From Leptonemataceae bacterium (GTDB lineage: Bacteria > Spirochaetota > Leptospiria > Leptospirales > Leptonemataceae): a stretch of 64,000 bases of DNA. Made by a program: the position numbers and the translations under genes. This document shows positions 1 through 9,124 of this stretch, piece by piece. Under the pieces are notes generated by a model. That model saw nothing but the letters and a program-made list of their open reading frames with translations. It had not been told where the DNA came from and made no database searches. The stretch covers positions 1,472,001 through 1,536,000 of the forward strand of contig OZ245742.1 in the NCBI GenBank assembly GCA_965227295.1. The letters are read 5' to 3'. Numbering within the stretch: position 1 is the first letter of the stretch; each line of letters starts with the position of its first letter.

Positions 1-118
1 TTCGCGCGGACCGCAGCGAAGCGGAGCCCGAAGCAGCGCGGTGCCCCGCCGCCACCGCGGCGCGGCGGGGCAGACGCCCAAACAAATCTTGCCGGAATTA
101 CTATCCTTTGATTCGAGG
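1..118 (+). repeat. Partial copy of a GC-rich multi-hairpin intergenic repeat (REP/MITE-like), cut by the window edge
   Basis: 9-82 matches 42664-42734 (gaccgcagcgaagcggagcc...agcagcgcggtg...ccgccgcc...gggcagacgcccaaa). Flank 75-118 resembles the reverse complement of 42443-42486. Confidence 0.85.
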
Positions 119-166
119 CGTCTTTGATCTGTGCGGCTCTGAATCGCCGCGAACCAAAAGTTAATC

Positions 167-601
167 ATGCCCCTCCGCGAAAACGCCAGTATTTCCGACG
201 AATTGCGGCACGAGATCTTTCGCATTCTGAAGGATTGTCCGGATATTTCGCAGCGAGACCTCGCGGCGCGGCTGGGCGTGAGCCTCGGCAAGGCCAACTA
301 TTGCCTGCGAGCGCTCATTCAAAAGGGCTGGATCAAGGCGCGAAACTTCAAGAACAGCAAGAACAAACTCGCGTACGCCTACTATCTGACCAGCGCCGGC
401 ATCGAGGAAAAAGCCCGGCTTACGTTTCGTTTTCTGAAACGTAAGGTCCGCGAGTACGAGGATCTGGTCGAAGTCATTGAAGATCTGAAGAAAGAAGCCG
501 AGGAGATGGGCGAGCTGCTCTTCGAGACCTCGGGCATTCGCATTACCGAAGAGCGGCTGGAAGAGAGCGAGGACGAGGCGCCGAAACGGAAGGCTCGTTA
601 G
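167..601 (+). CDS. MarR-family EPS-associated transcriptional regulator (TIGR04176-like wHTH)
   Basis: [44 protein letters not shown] signature; first gene of a polysaccharide locus. Confidence 0.9.
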   Translation: MPLRENASISDELRHEIFRILKDCPDISQRDLAARLGVSLGKANYCLRALIQKGWIKARNFKNSKNKLAYAYYLTSAGIEEKARLTFRFLKRKVREYEDLVEVIEDLKKEAEEMGELLFETSGIRITEERLEESEDEAPKRKAR

Positions 602-623
602 CGTACGACAGGAGACGTCTACT

Positions 624-1577
624 ATGGAAAAGTCAGCAAAAATCTACGTGGCCGGCCATCGCGGCTTAGTCGGTTCGGCGATCTGCCGGGTCCTGGCGAA
701 CGAAGGCTACACCAAAGTCGTGCAGCGTACGCACGCGGAGCTGGACCTGGAGTCCCAGAGCGCCGTCGAGAAATTCTTCGAACAGGAGAAACCCGAGTAC
801 GTCTTCATGGCGGCGGCGCGGGTCGGCGGCATTATGGCGAACAAGACCTATCCCGCCGAGTTCATCTACAACAACCTGCAGATTCAGAACAACCTCATCG
901 ACGCCTCGTATCGTCACAAAGTCAAAAAGCTGCTTTTCCTGGGTTCGTCGTGCATCTATCCGAAGTTTGCGAACCAGCCGATCAACGAGGACGAACTGCT
1001 CGCCGGCAAGCTCGAACCCACCAACGAACCCTACGCCATTGCGAAGATCGCCGGCATCATCGCCTGTCAGAGCTACAATCGCCAGTACAACACTAACTTT
1101 CTTTCGGTGATGCCTACGAATCTCTACGGCCCCGGGGACAACTATCACCCGGAAAACTCTCACGTACTGCCGGCGTTGATTCGCCGTTTTCATGAGGCCG
1201 TGCGCGATACAAAACCGGAGATCCAGATCTGGGGTACCGGCAAACCTCTGCGCGAGTTTCTCTACTCCGACGACCTGGCGCGGGCGTGTATCTTTCTCAT
1301 GAACAACTACGATTCCGGTGAGATCCTGAACATCGGCTCCGGCGTCGAGGTTTCCATTCGGGAGCTCGCCGAAACGATTGGACGAGTGCTGGGCTACGAG
1401 GGTCGCATCGTGTTCGATACCACGAAACCCGACGGCACGCCGCGCAAGCTGCTGGACTGCGAGAAGATTCACCGCCTGGGCTGGCGGCACCAGGTGGAAC
1501 TTCAGGACGGCATCCGCCTGGCTTACGACGACTTCCTCAAACGCTACAGTGATGAAACGGAGCAGGCCGCAGGTTAA
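624..1577 (+). CDS. fcl: GDP-L-fucose synthase (GDP-4-keto-6-deoxymannose epimerase/reductase)
   Basis: [63 protein letters not shown]. Confidence 0.93.
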   Translation: MEKSAKIYVAGHRGLVGSAICRVLANEGYTKVVQRTHAELDLESQSAVEKFFEQEKPEYVFMAAARVGGIMANKTYPAEFIYNNLQIQNNLIDASYRHKVKKLLFLGSSCIYPKFANQPINEDELLAGKLEPTNEPYAIAKIAGIIACQSYNRQYNTNFLSVMPTNLYGPGDNYHPENSHVLPALIRRFHEAVRDTKPEIQIWGTGKPLREFLYSDDLARACIFLMNNYDSGEILNIGSGVEVSIRELAETIGRVLGYEGRIVFDTTKPDGTPRKLLDCEKIHRLGWRHQVELQDGIRLAYDDFLKRYSDETEQAAG

Positions 1578-1609
1578 GCAGGGTAACTGAAGCTTAGCGG
1601 ATATTAGTA

Positions 1610-2578
1610 ATGCAAGTCTCACTCATTATACCCGTCTACAACGAAGAAGATAACCTGGACGAGCTGTATGGCGAAATCCAGGAACTCTGGAAGGCTTATA
1701 AAAAGCACACGCTGCTTGAACTGATCTTTGTGAACGACGGGAGCCTGGACGGCTCACTGAAAAAGCTCAAAGAGTTGACGAAGAAGGATCGCAAGATCAA
1801 GGTCGTGAACTTCTGGCGCAATTACGGCCAGACCGCAGCACTGTCCGCGGGAATCGATGCGTCACGAGGTGACATCATCCTGTTGATGGATGCGGATTTG
1901 CAGAATGATCCCAACGATATTCCGAAGCTTATCGAAAAGCTGGAACAGGGCTACGAGGTCGCCTCGGGCTGGCGCAAGCATCGCCAGGATAATTCGCTTA
2001 CGCGAACCTTTCCGTCACGCATCGCCAACTGGCTCATCTCGCTGATCTCCAGGGTGAGCCTGCATGACTTCGGTTGCACGCTGAAGGCTTACCGCCGCGA
2101 CGCTCTCGAAGGCGTGCGCCTTTATGGCGAGATGCACCGTTTCATTCCCGTGTTCGCCAGCTGGCAGGGCGCGCGCGTGGCCGAGGTGATCGTGAATCAC
2201 CGGCCGCGCATTCACGGCGTTTCGAAGTACGGCCTGGAGCGGACGGTCAAGGTCTTCCTGGATCTGATCCTGATCGCCTTCATGCATAAGTTTTTGCACC
2301 GGCCCATGCACGCCTTCGGCGGCATCGGTGTGATCGGCATGGTGCTTTCGGTAGCCACATTCATATGGGCGATCATCTGGAAGTTCGAAGGCGTTTCGTT
2401 CATTGAGTCGCCGCTGTTAATATTTTCGACGACCTTCTTTTTGTTCGGAGCGACTTCGATTCTCATGGGACTCCTCGCCGAGATGTTGATGCGCACCTAC
2501 TTCGAAAGTCAGAACAAACATACGTATCGCGTGAAAGAAGTGCTAAACGGCGGCGGGCGATCCAGGAAAAAAGCCTGA
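1610..2578 (+). CDS. GT2 glycosyltransferase (ArnC/polyprenol-phosphate type) with C-terminal TM helices
   Basis: IIPVYNE, VNDGS.D, RNYGQTAAL, MDADLQNDP, GEMHRFIP; two hydrophobic C-terminal segments. Confidence 0.88.
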   Translation: MQVSLIIPVYNEEDNLDELYGEIQELWKAYKKHTLLELIFVNDGSLDGSLKKLKELTKKDRKIKVVNFWRNYGQTAALSAGIDASRGDIILLMDADLQNDPNDIPKLIEKLEQGYEVASGWRKHRQDNSLTRTFPSRIANWLISLISRVSLHDFGCTLKAYRRDALEGVRLYGEMHRFIPVFASWQGARVAEVIVNHRPRIHGVSKYGLERTVKVFLDLILIAFMHKFLHRPMHAFGGIGVIGMVLSVATFIWAIIWKFEGVSFIESPLLIFSTTFFLFGATSILMGLLAEMLMRTYFESQNKHTYRVKEVLNGGGRSRKKA

Positions 2579-2591
2579 ACGCGTTAGGGCA

Positions 2592-3743
2592 TTGAATATC
2601 CTTTTAATCAACTACGAGTATCCGCCCATCGGCGGCGGCGCCGCAAACGCGTGCTGGTTTTTGGCCAGGGAGCTGGCCTCGATGAAACATCGAGTATGCG
2701 TGCTGACTTCGGCCTACGAAGATCTGCGCGGCCTCGCAGAAGACGAAAATGGAGTCACGGTCTTACGCGTGCCCGCGTTTCGCAGGCGCAAAGATCGTGG
2801 CAGTATTTTGCAGATGGTCGCGTTTGTTTTTTTTGCGAATCTGAAGCTACTCGGTCTTGCGAAAAATTTTGAGATAGAGAGGTCGATAGCTTTTTTTACA
2901 ATCCCCTGCGGCCCGCTTGCGCTTCGTTTGAAGCGCCGACGGGAGATCGACTACGTTGTATCCCTGCGCGGGGGAGACGTTCCCGGTCATGTTCCCCGGG
3001 TGAACGCATTCCATCGTCTGATTCGCGGCGTTCGTCGTCGTTCGCTCAAGTACGCAAAGGCCATCGTGGCCAACGGAGAGGGGCTCGCAAAGTCTTCCGA
3101 GGCCGCGGACCCGTTTCCGGTGCACATTATACCGAACGGCGTGGATACGGATTTCTTTCATCCGCCCGAAGAGCGAAATGCGTCGGGAACCGCCGACGGG
3201 CTAACTTTATTTCAGTGCCTCTTTGTGGGGCGGTTGCATCCGGAAAAGAATCTGCCGTTCTTTTTTCGGGCCGCGGCGCCCCTGATTTCGGAGCTGAAAG
3301 GCGAGGGCATTCAGTTCCAACTGCATCTTGTCGGCGACGGTTCGGACCGGGCCGTGCTTGCACGACTCGCCGATGAGCTGCAACTGGAAGTTACGTTCCA
3401 CGGCTGGTGCGAGCGGGAATCCACGGCGCGTCTATACCGTGAAGCGGATTGTTTGATCAATCCCTCGCTCTACGAAGGGATGGCGAACGTGGTGCTGGAA
3501 GGCATGGCGTCGGCCTTGCCGGTCCTCGCCAGCGATGTCCCGGGAAACGCCGGGTTGGTGCGTGAGAATTCGGACGGGCTTCTGTTTGCGCTGCATGACG
3601 AAGTGGACTTGCGTGAAAAATTGGGCGCCCTGGCGCGGGATGCCGGACTCCGTCGACGCCTGGGTGCGAACGGCCGCCGCCGGGTCGTCGAAGAATTTTC
3701 CTGGCGCAGCGTGGCGGAGGGCTATCTAAAGCTGCTTCAGTAA
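2592..3743 (+). CDS. GT4 glycosyltransferase
   Basis: NYEYPPIGGGA, IPNGVD, FVGRL, PSLYEGMANVVLEGMA (E-X7-E). Confidence 0.88.
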   Translation: MNILLINYEYPPIGGGAANACWFLARELASMKHRVCVLTSAYEDLRGLAEDENGVTVLRVPAFRRRKDRGSILQMVAFVFFANLKLLGLAKNFEIERSIAFFTIPCGPLALRLKRRREIDYVVSLRGGDVPGHVPRVNAFHRLIRGVRRRSLKYAKAIVANGEGLAKSSEAADPFPVHIIPNGVDTDFFHPPEERNASGTADGLTLFQCLFVGRLHPEKNLPFFFRAAAPLISELKGEGIQFQLHLVGDGSDRAVLARLADELQLEVTFHGWCERESTARLYREADCLINPSLYEGMANVVLEGMASALPVLASDVPGNAGLVRENSDGLLFALHDEVDLREKLGALARDAGLRRRLGANGRRRVVEEFSWRSVAEGYLKLLQ

Positions 3744-3760
3744 GTATTTGCGGCGAGGTG

Positions 3761-4513
3761 TTAGTCTGCGTTCAGCCAGTACAGTCGACACGAACGCCGC
3801 GCCGCGATGCGCCCCGCGGGAATGCTTTCATCGCCGTCGAGCATGCGCCGAATCATGGCTGCTTTACCACTGCCTTTCAAAAGGAACCAGACCTGCTGCG
3901 CCGCTTCGATCACGGGGTAGTTGATGGTCAGACGCACCTGGTTGTCCTCCGGGCGCCGGGTTACCGCGGTAAGTTCGCTGCCGGTTTCCTGGCCGGGAAA
4001 GAGAGAAGCGGTGTGACCGTCGTGATCCCCCAGGCCGAGGAGGATCAACGGGAACGTCGGAAAGAGGGCGGAAGCCGAAGGCTGTCGGCGCAGCGGCAGA
4101 TGAGCCGCCAGGGACTGAGACATCATGGCGGCCGCGCGTTCCGGGTCGCCGGGATCGTTGTCCGGCGAACTGACCTGCTCCGGATCGCGCCAGCCGTGAA
4201 TGAACGGTGACGAGGGACGTAGCTCCGGCGGCCGAATGATTTGCGCCAGCGCGGTTTCGTTGCGATCGGAATGGCCGAGGGGTACCCAGCGCTCATCGCC
4301 GATCCACCAGCGCACCCCGGCAAGGGCGGGCGCAGGGGATTCGTAGTCCGCGGCCACACGCTGGAAGAAGGGCACCGGGGAGTTTCCGCCGGGAACGGCG
4401 ACGTGAAAGGTTCCGTAAGATTGTTCCTGTACCGCGGCGACAAAATCACGAAAAACATCTTCCAGCCAGGCCCCGGCGCTGTCGTATTCCTTGAGTTCGC
4501 TGCTTCGACTCAT
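3761..4513 (-). CDS. pgl: 6-phosphogluconolactonase
   Basis: PGGNSP, GDERWVP..HSDRN, LGLG.DGHTASLFPG, RLT.....I, G..KA motifs. Confidence 0.82.
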   Translation of the reverse strand: MSRSSELKEYDSAGAWLEDVFRDFVAAVQEQSYGTFHVAVPGGNSPVPFFQRVAADYESPAPALAGVRWWIGDERWVPLGHSDRNETALAQIIRPPELRPSSPFIHGWRDPEQVSSPDNDPGDPERAAAMMSQSLAAHLPLRRQPSASALFPTFPLILLGLGDHDGHTASLFPGQETGSELTAVTRRPEDNQVRLTINYPVIEAAQQVWFLLKGSGKAAMIRRMLDGDESIPAGRIAARRSCRLYWLNAD

Positions 4514-4615
4514 TGTCTTCCGTGTAACGTGTAGAGCGCAAAATAGGCAAGCTCATTTGATTGTTTTTGAATCTGGAGTTGTTACTACTCTAGACAGGTC
4601 TTGTTACTAAGTATT

Positions 4616-6544
4616 ATGTGTGGTATCGCCGGCTTTATTGATCCCGGAATGCGTGGTTCGCAGGCGGAATTCGCGGCTGTTATGAACCGCATGACCGACG
4701 CGATTGCGCACCGCGGCCCGGACGGCTCCGGGGTCTGGAGCGATCCGGAGCGCGGCGTATGCCTGGGACACCGGCGTCTGTCCATCATCGACATTGCCGG
4801 CGGGTCGCAGCCGATGGCTTCCAGCGACGGAGAGCTGATCGTCGTTTTTAACGGAGAGATCTACAATCACGCCGAACTGCGCGACGAATTGATCGCGAAG
4901 GGTCATCGTTTTCAATCGCACCATTCCGATACCGAAGTGCTGCTTTACGGCTGGCGCGAGTGGGGCGAGTCCATGGCCGATCGTTTGAACGGCATGTGGG
5001 CCTTTGCGATCTATGATCGCAAGCACGGTATCGTTCATCTGAGTCGGGACCGTTTCGGGCAGAAGCCGTTTTACTATACGTATCAGAACGGTGTCTTTGC
5101 GTTCGCGTCCGAGCTGAGCGGCATTGAGGCCTTTGCGAAGTCCAGCGAGTCCGTGGCCACGTCGCTTTCGCCCCGGGCGGTGCAGAAGTTCTTCGCCTAC
5201 GGTTACGTACCCGCTCCGCTGTCGCTCTACGAGGGCGTGTACAAACTTCCGGGCGGTCATTGTTTGTCCTTCGAAGTGCGGGAGGCCTCGTTTCGTATCC
5301 GTAAGTGGTGGGACTTCGTCCTGGAACCATTCGCGGGCGGTGAGATTCCGAGAAAAGCCGAAGAAGAATGGGGCGCCGAGATTCGCCGCCTGCTGGATCA
5401 GTCCGTGCGTCGGCGCATGATGTCCGACGTTCCCCTGGGGGTCTTTCTGTCCGGCGGCATCGACAGCTCGGCGATTACGGCCTTTGCTGCCAGGCACGTG
5501 GATGCCGGCAAGTTGGAGACGTTCTGCATTGGATTTGAAGAGGCCTCGTTCGACGAATCGCAGTACGCCCGGGACACGGCGCAACTCTTCGGCACGAAAC
5601 ATCACGATGACGTGCTCTCTATGGAAGGGGCGAGTCCGCTCTTAGCTGAGATTGCGAGTAAGTTAGACGAACCCCTGGGAGATTCCTCGCTGCTGCCGAC
5701 GTACCTGCTCTGCCGGTTTACGCGGCAGCGCGTAACGGTGGCTCTCGGCGGGGACGGCGGCGATGAACTCTTCGCCGGATACGACCCCTTCCGCGCGTTG
5801 CGCTACGCCAATCTCTACAAGACGCTGTTGCCCGCGCCGGTGCACGCCGGTGTGCGCATGCTGATGGCCCGGTTGCCGGTGTCCCACCGGAACATGAGCC
5901 TCGATTTTAAGATCAAGCGGACGCTGCGCGGCATCGGTTACAGGCGCCAGTTCTGGCTGCCCGTCTGGATGGGACCGCTGGATCCCGGCGGCGTGAGCGA
6001 TCTTCTGGATGAACCGGTGGACCTGGAAGATCTCTACTCCGAGGCGATTGAACAGTGGGACGCGTGTCAGAGTAAAGATATAGTAGATAAAACTTTGCAA
6101 TTTTATACGAAGCTCTACTTACAGGACGACATCCTCGTGAAAGTCGACCGTGCGTCCATGATGGTTTCTCTCGAGGCGCGGTCGCCGTTTCTGGACATTG
6201 ATCTCATTAACTTCGTGCGTCGTATTCCCTCGAACTACAAACTTCGCGGCGGGGTCACTAAGTACATCTTGAAGAAGGCGCTGGAACCGGTGTTGCCTGA
6301 GAGTATTCTGTATCGTGCCAAGAAGGGCTTCGGCGTTCCGGTGGGGCGCTGGTTCCGTGACGGTGTGCTGAACGTCGATCCGCAAAGCATGCCCGCGCCG
6401 GTGCAGGCGGATTTCGTGCGCGGGCTGAACGAACGTCATAAACAAAACAAGAGCGACGAGCGCGCCGCGTTGTGGAACGCCTGGTTGCTCGGTGAGTTTC
6501 AGAAGCGTGGTCGCAGTGTGGCGGTGCGGAGTACGGTGTCGTGA
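4616..6544 (+). CDS. asnB: Asparagine synthase-like glutamine amidotransferase (polysaccharide amidation type)
   Basis: MCGIAG start (catalytic Cys2) at 4616, HRGPD, GHRRLSIID, FNGEIYN, LSGGIDS, GGDELFAGY, KVDRASM..SLEARSPFLD. Confidence 0.92.
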   Translation: MCGIAGFIDPGMRGSQAEFAAVMNRMTDAIAHRGPDGSGVWSDPERGVCLGHRRLSIIDIAGGSQPMASSDGELIVVFNGEIYNHAELRDELIAKGHRFQSHHSDTEVLLYGWREWGESMADRLNGMWAFAIYDRKHGIVHLSRDRFGQKPFYYTYQNGVFAFASELSGIEAFAKSSESVATSLSPRAVQKFFAYGYVPAPLSLYEGVYKLPGGHCLSFEVREASFRIRKWWDFVLEPFAGGEIPRKAEEEWGAEIRRLLDQSVRRRMMSDVPLGVFLSGGIDSSAITAFAARHVDAGKLETFCIGFEEASFDESQYARDTAQLFGTKHHDDVLSMEGASPLLAEIASKLDEPLGDSSLLPTYLLCRFTRQRVTVALGGDGGDELFAGYDPFRALRYANLYKTLLPAPVHAGVRMLMARLPVSHRNMSLDFKIKRTLRGIGYRRQFWLPVWMGPLDPGGVSDLLDEPVDLEDLYSEAIEQWDACQSKDIVDKTLQFYTKLYLQDDILVKVDRASMMVSLEARSPFLDIDLINFVRRIPSNYKLRGGVTKYILKKALEPVLPESILYRAKKGFGVPVGRWFRDGVLNVDPQSMPAPVQADFVRGLNERHKQNKSDERAALWNAWLLGEFQKRGRSVAVRSTVS

Positions 6545-7308
6545 GCGGAGGTTCGTCTCATCATGTCGGTGACGACCTGGAAGCGAAGAACGCGGACTGG
6601 TCTTTCGGTCGTGTCAGCGGCGAACGTTTTCAGAAACATCTTCGGAGATCGGTGCCGTTTTATGCGGAAGGTCACGATCTCGTCTGTCGGCTCAGTGATT
6701 TTTTTGTGCGTCAGGATTCGACGTGTTATGAGCTCGGTACATCCAACGGTGTTCTGCTGGAGCAACTCGTCCGTCGGCATTCCGTGAAGCCCGGAACGCG
6801 CTGGATCGGTGTCGATCGTGAGAAGGCCATGATCGCTTCGGCGCGCGAGCGTTTGGATACCTGCATTGATGCCCTGGTGCCGCAGCACGAACAGGGCGGT
6901 GTTCCGGATGTGCGTCTTGTTGCGGAAGATGCGTCGCAACTGGAGTTCGAAAGCACGGACTTCGTTGTAGCTTACTATACGTTACAGTTTATGGCGCCGA
7001 AGTCACGGCAGGAAACCGTGGCAAGAATCTACGAGGCACTGAATCCGGGCGGCGCGTTTCTGCTGTTCGAGAAAGTCCGGGCCCCGGACGCCCGCTTCCA
7101 GGACATTGCGAACGCCCTGTATACGGAGTACAAACTCGACCAGGGATTTTCGCCGGACGAGATTACCGCAAAGGCCAGAAGCCTCAAGGGCGTGCTGGAG
7201 CCTTTTTCCACGGCGGCCAATCTGGATCTTCTGGGCCGGGCCGGTTTCGTTGACGTGGTAAGTGTGTATAAATATATCTGCTTTGAAGGCTTTCTGGCGA
7301 TCAAGTAA
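6541..7308 (+). CDS. Class I SAM-dependent methyltransferase, CmoA-like
   Basis: RSVPFY, YELGTSNG, YTLQF, LNPGGAFLLFEK; GTGA overlap with asnB. Confidence 0.75.
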   Translation: MSGGSSHHVGDDLEAKNADWSFGRVSGERFQKHLRRSVPFYAEGHDLVCRLSDFFVRQDSTCYELGTSNGVLLEQLVRRHSVKPGTRWIGVDREKAMIASARERLDTCIDALVPQHEQGGVPDVRLVAEDASQLEFESTDFVVAYYTLQFMAPKSRQETVARIYEALNPGGAFLLFEKVRAPDARFQDIANALYTEYKLDQGFSPDEITAKARSLKGVLEPFSTAANLDLLGRAGFVDVVSVYKYICFEGFLAIK

Positions 7309-7334
7309 GCCGACTCTCTCCAACGGAGATCAAC

Positions 7335-8387
7335 ATGAAACAACTCGTACAGGAAATTGAAATCGCGGGCCGTAAGATCGGACCCGATCATCCGCCGTTT
7401 GTCATTGCCGAGGTGGGCATCAATCACGAGGGCGAATACGATAAAGCCGTTCAGATGGTGGACGCCGCCTGTGATGCCGGAGCGGACTGCGTAAAGTTCC
7501 AGTGCCACATTACGGAACAGGAAATGATTCCCTCCGACATTCCGCCGGGCAAACTTTCGGACGAACCACTCTACGATATCATCAAGCGCTGCGAACTTAC
7601 CGAAGAAGAAGAACGTAATCTTCAGAAATACTGTGCGGATAAAGGAATCATCTATCTCAGCACGCCGTTCTCGCGCGAAGCGGCGAACCGCCTGGAAGGC
7701 ATGGGCGTGCCGGGTTACAAGATCGGATCCGGTGAGTGTAACAACTATCCGTTGCTGGAACACGTCGCGAAATTCGGCAAGCCCATGATTCTCTCCACCG
7801 GTATGAATGATGTGTCGATGATTCACAAGTCCGTCGAAGCGATCATGAAGCACAATCAACAGTTGATCCTCATGCATTGCACCTCGATGTACCCGACGCC
7901 GTACGAAAAGGTTCGCCTCGGCGCCATCAAAGAACTGCAAGAGGAGTTCGGTCTCCCGGTGGGTTTGAGCGATCACTCGATGAACGTATACACGTGTCTC
8001 GGCGCTGTCGCTCTGGGAGCGGTGGCCCTCGAAAAACACTTCACGATCACCCGGAGCTGGCCGGGGCCGGACGTTCCGATTTCCATTGAACCCCACGAAC
8101 TCAAAGAGATGGTGGACGGCTCGCGCGCAATCTTCGCGGCCCGGGGTGGAGCGAAGACGATCCTGCCGGAAGAACAGCCGGTCATCGATTTCGCGTACGC
8201 CAGTGTCGTAACCATCAAACCGGTGAAGGCCGGAGAAACCTTTTCGCTGGATAACATCTGGGTCAAGCGGCCGGGCACGGGACAACTGCTGGCCGATCAA
8301 CTCGAAAACGTGCTCGGCAAAAAAGCCGCCGCGGATCTTGAATTGAACGAACAACTGGAACCGAAACACATCGAGGGTTGGTCCTGA
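7335..8387 (+). CDS. neuB: Nonulosonic acid synthase (NeuB family) #1 with SAF domain
   Basis: IAEVGINHEG, VKFQ, KIGSGE, MHCTSMYPT, GLSDH, LEKHFT, VKRPGTG. Confidence 0.9.
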   Translation: MKQLVQEIEIAGRKIGPDHPPFVIAEVGINHEGEYDKAVQMVDAACDAGADCVKFQCHITEQEMIPSDIPPGKLSDEPLYDIIKRCELTEEEERNLQKYCADKGIIYLSTPFSREAANRLEGMGVPGYKIGSGECNNYPLLEHVAKFGKPMILSTGMNDVSMIHKSVEAIMKHNQQLILMHCTSMYPTPYEKVRLGAIKELQEEFGLPVGLSDHSMNVYTCLGAVALGAVALEKHFTITRSWPGPDVPISIEPHELKEMVDGSRAIFAARGGAKTILPEEQPVIDFAYASVVTIKPVKAGETFSLDNIWVKRPGTGQLLADQLENVLGKKAAADLELNEQLEPKHIEGWS

Positions 8388-9109
8388 GTTTCGTTCTCGG
8401 TGTGATTCCCGCGCGGGGCGGATCGAAAGGCGTAAAGAAAAAGAACATCCGCCCCGTTCTCGGAAAACCGCTCCTGGCCCACGCGATTCGCTGCGGCCGG
8501 CGCGTAACGGAACTGGACCGGCTCATCGTTTCTACGGACAGTGAAGAGTTCGCGGAAATCGCGAGAGAGCACGGCGCGGAAGTCCCGTTCCTCAGGCCCG
8601 CTCCGCTCGCCGCCGACACCGCGCCGATGTTGCCGGTTCTGGAGCATGCCATCTTAGAAACGGAAAAGATCTATAACGACAGAGTGGAGTGCGTGGTGTT
8701 GCTCGATCCCACGGGCGTGCTTCGCATCCCTGCCGACATTGAAGGCTGCCTGAAGATGTTTCGCGAGTCCGATTGCGATTGCGTCATCTCCGGTCATCCG
8801 GCGCATCGTAATCCTTACTTTAACATGGTAACCGAGCGCGACGGTTACTTTAATCTGGTCTGTCTCGAAGGGCGCGGGGTCGGTCGGCGCCAGGACGCTC
8901 CGGTGTGCTACGATCTGAATACCGTGGTGTGGATCTGGTCCCGGGCGGCGGTCGTCGATCAAAAAGAACGCCTCCCGGAGAAAACTCTACTGTACGAGAT
9001 TCCCGTGGAGCGCGCCATGGACCTGGATCACGAGTTCGACTTCGAACTCCTGGAAATGATCCTCGATAAGAAGCGCGGCCAGGCCGGCTTTGAGTTCTTT
9101 TTCGATTAA
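8378..9109 (+). CDS. neuA: Acylneuraminate cytidylyltransferase (NeuA family) #1
   Basis: IPARGGSKG..KKN, GKPLL, VSTDS, VPFLRP..LA.D, RRQD. Confidence 0.87.
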   Translation: MVLSFVLGVIPARGGSKGVKKKNIRPVLGKPLLAHAIRCGRRVTELDRLIVSTDSEEFAEIAREHGAEVPFLRPAPLAADTAPMLPVLEHAILETEKIYNDRVECVVLLDPTGVLRIPADIEGCLKMFRESDCDCVISGHPAHRNPYFNMVTERDGYFNLVCLEGRGVGRRQDAPVCYDLNTVVWIWSRAAVVDQKERLPEKTLLYEIPVERAMDLDHEFDFELLEMILDKKRGQAGFEFFFD

Positions 9110-9124
9110 GTTAGCGATCTTCCT

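Noticed and set aside
83-166. ops/JUMPstart antitermination element in the locus leader
   Set aside because: No GGCGGTAG-type sequence is seen in the leader, and no NusG paralog is present in the window.
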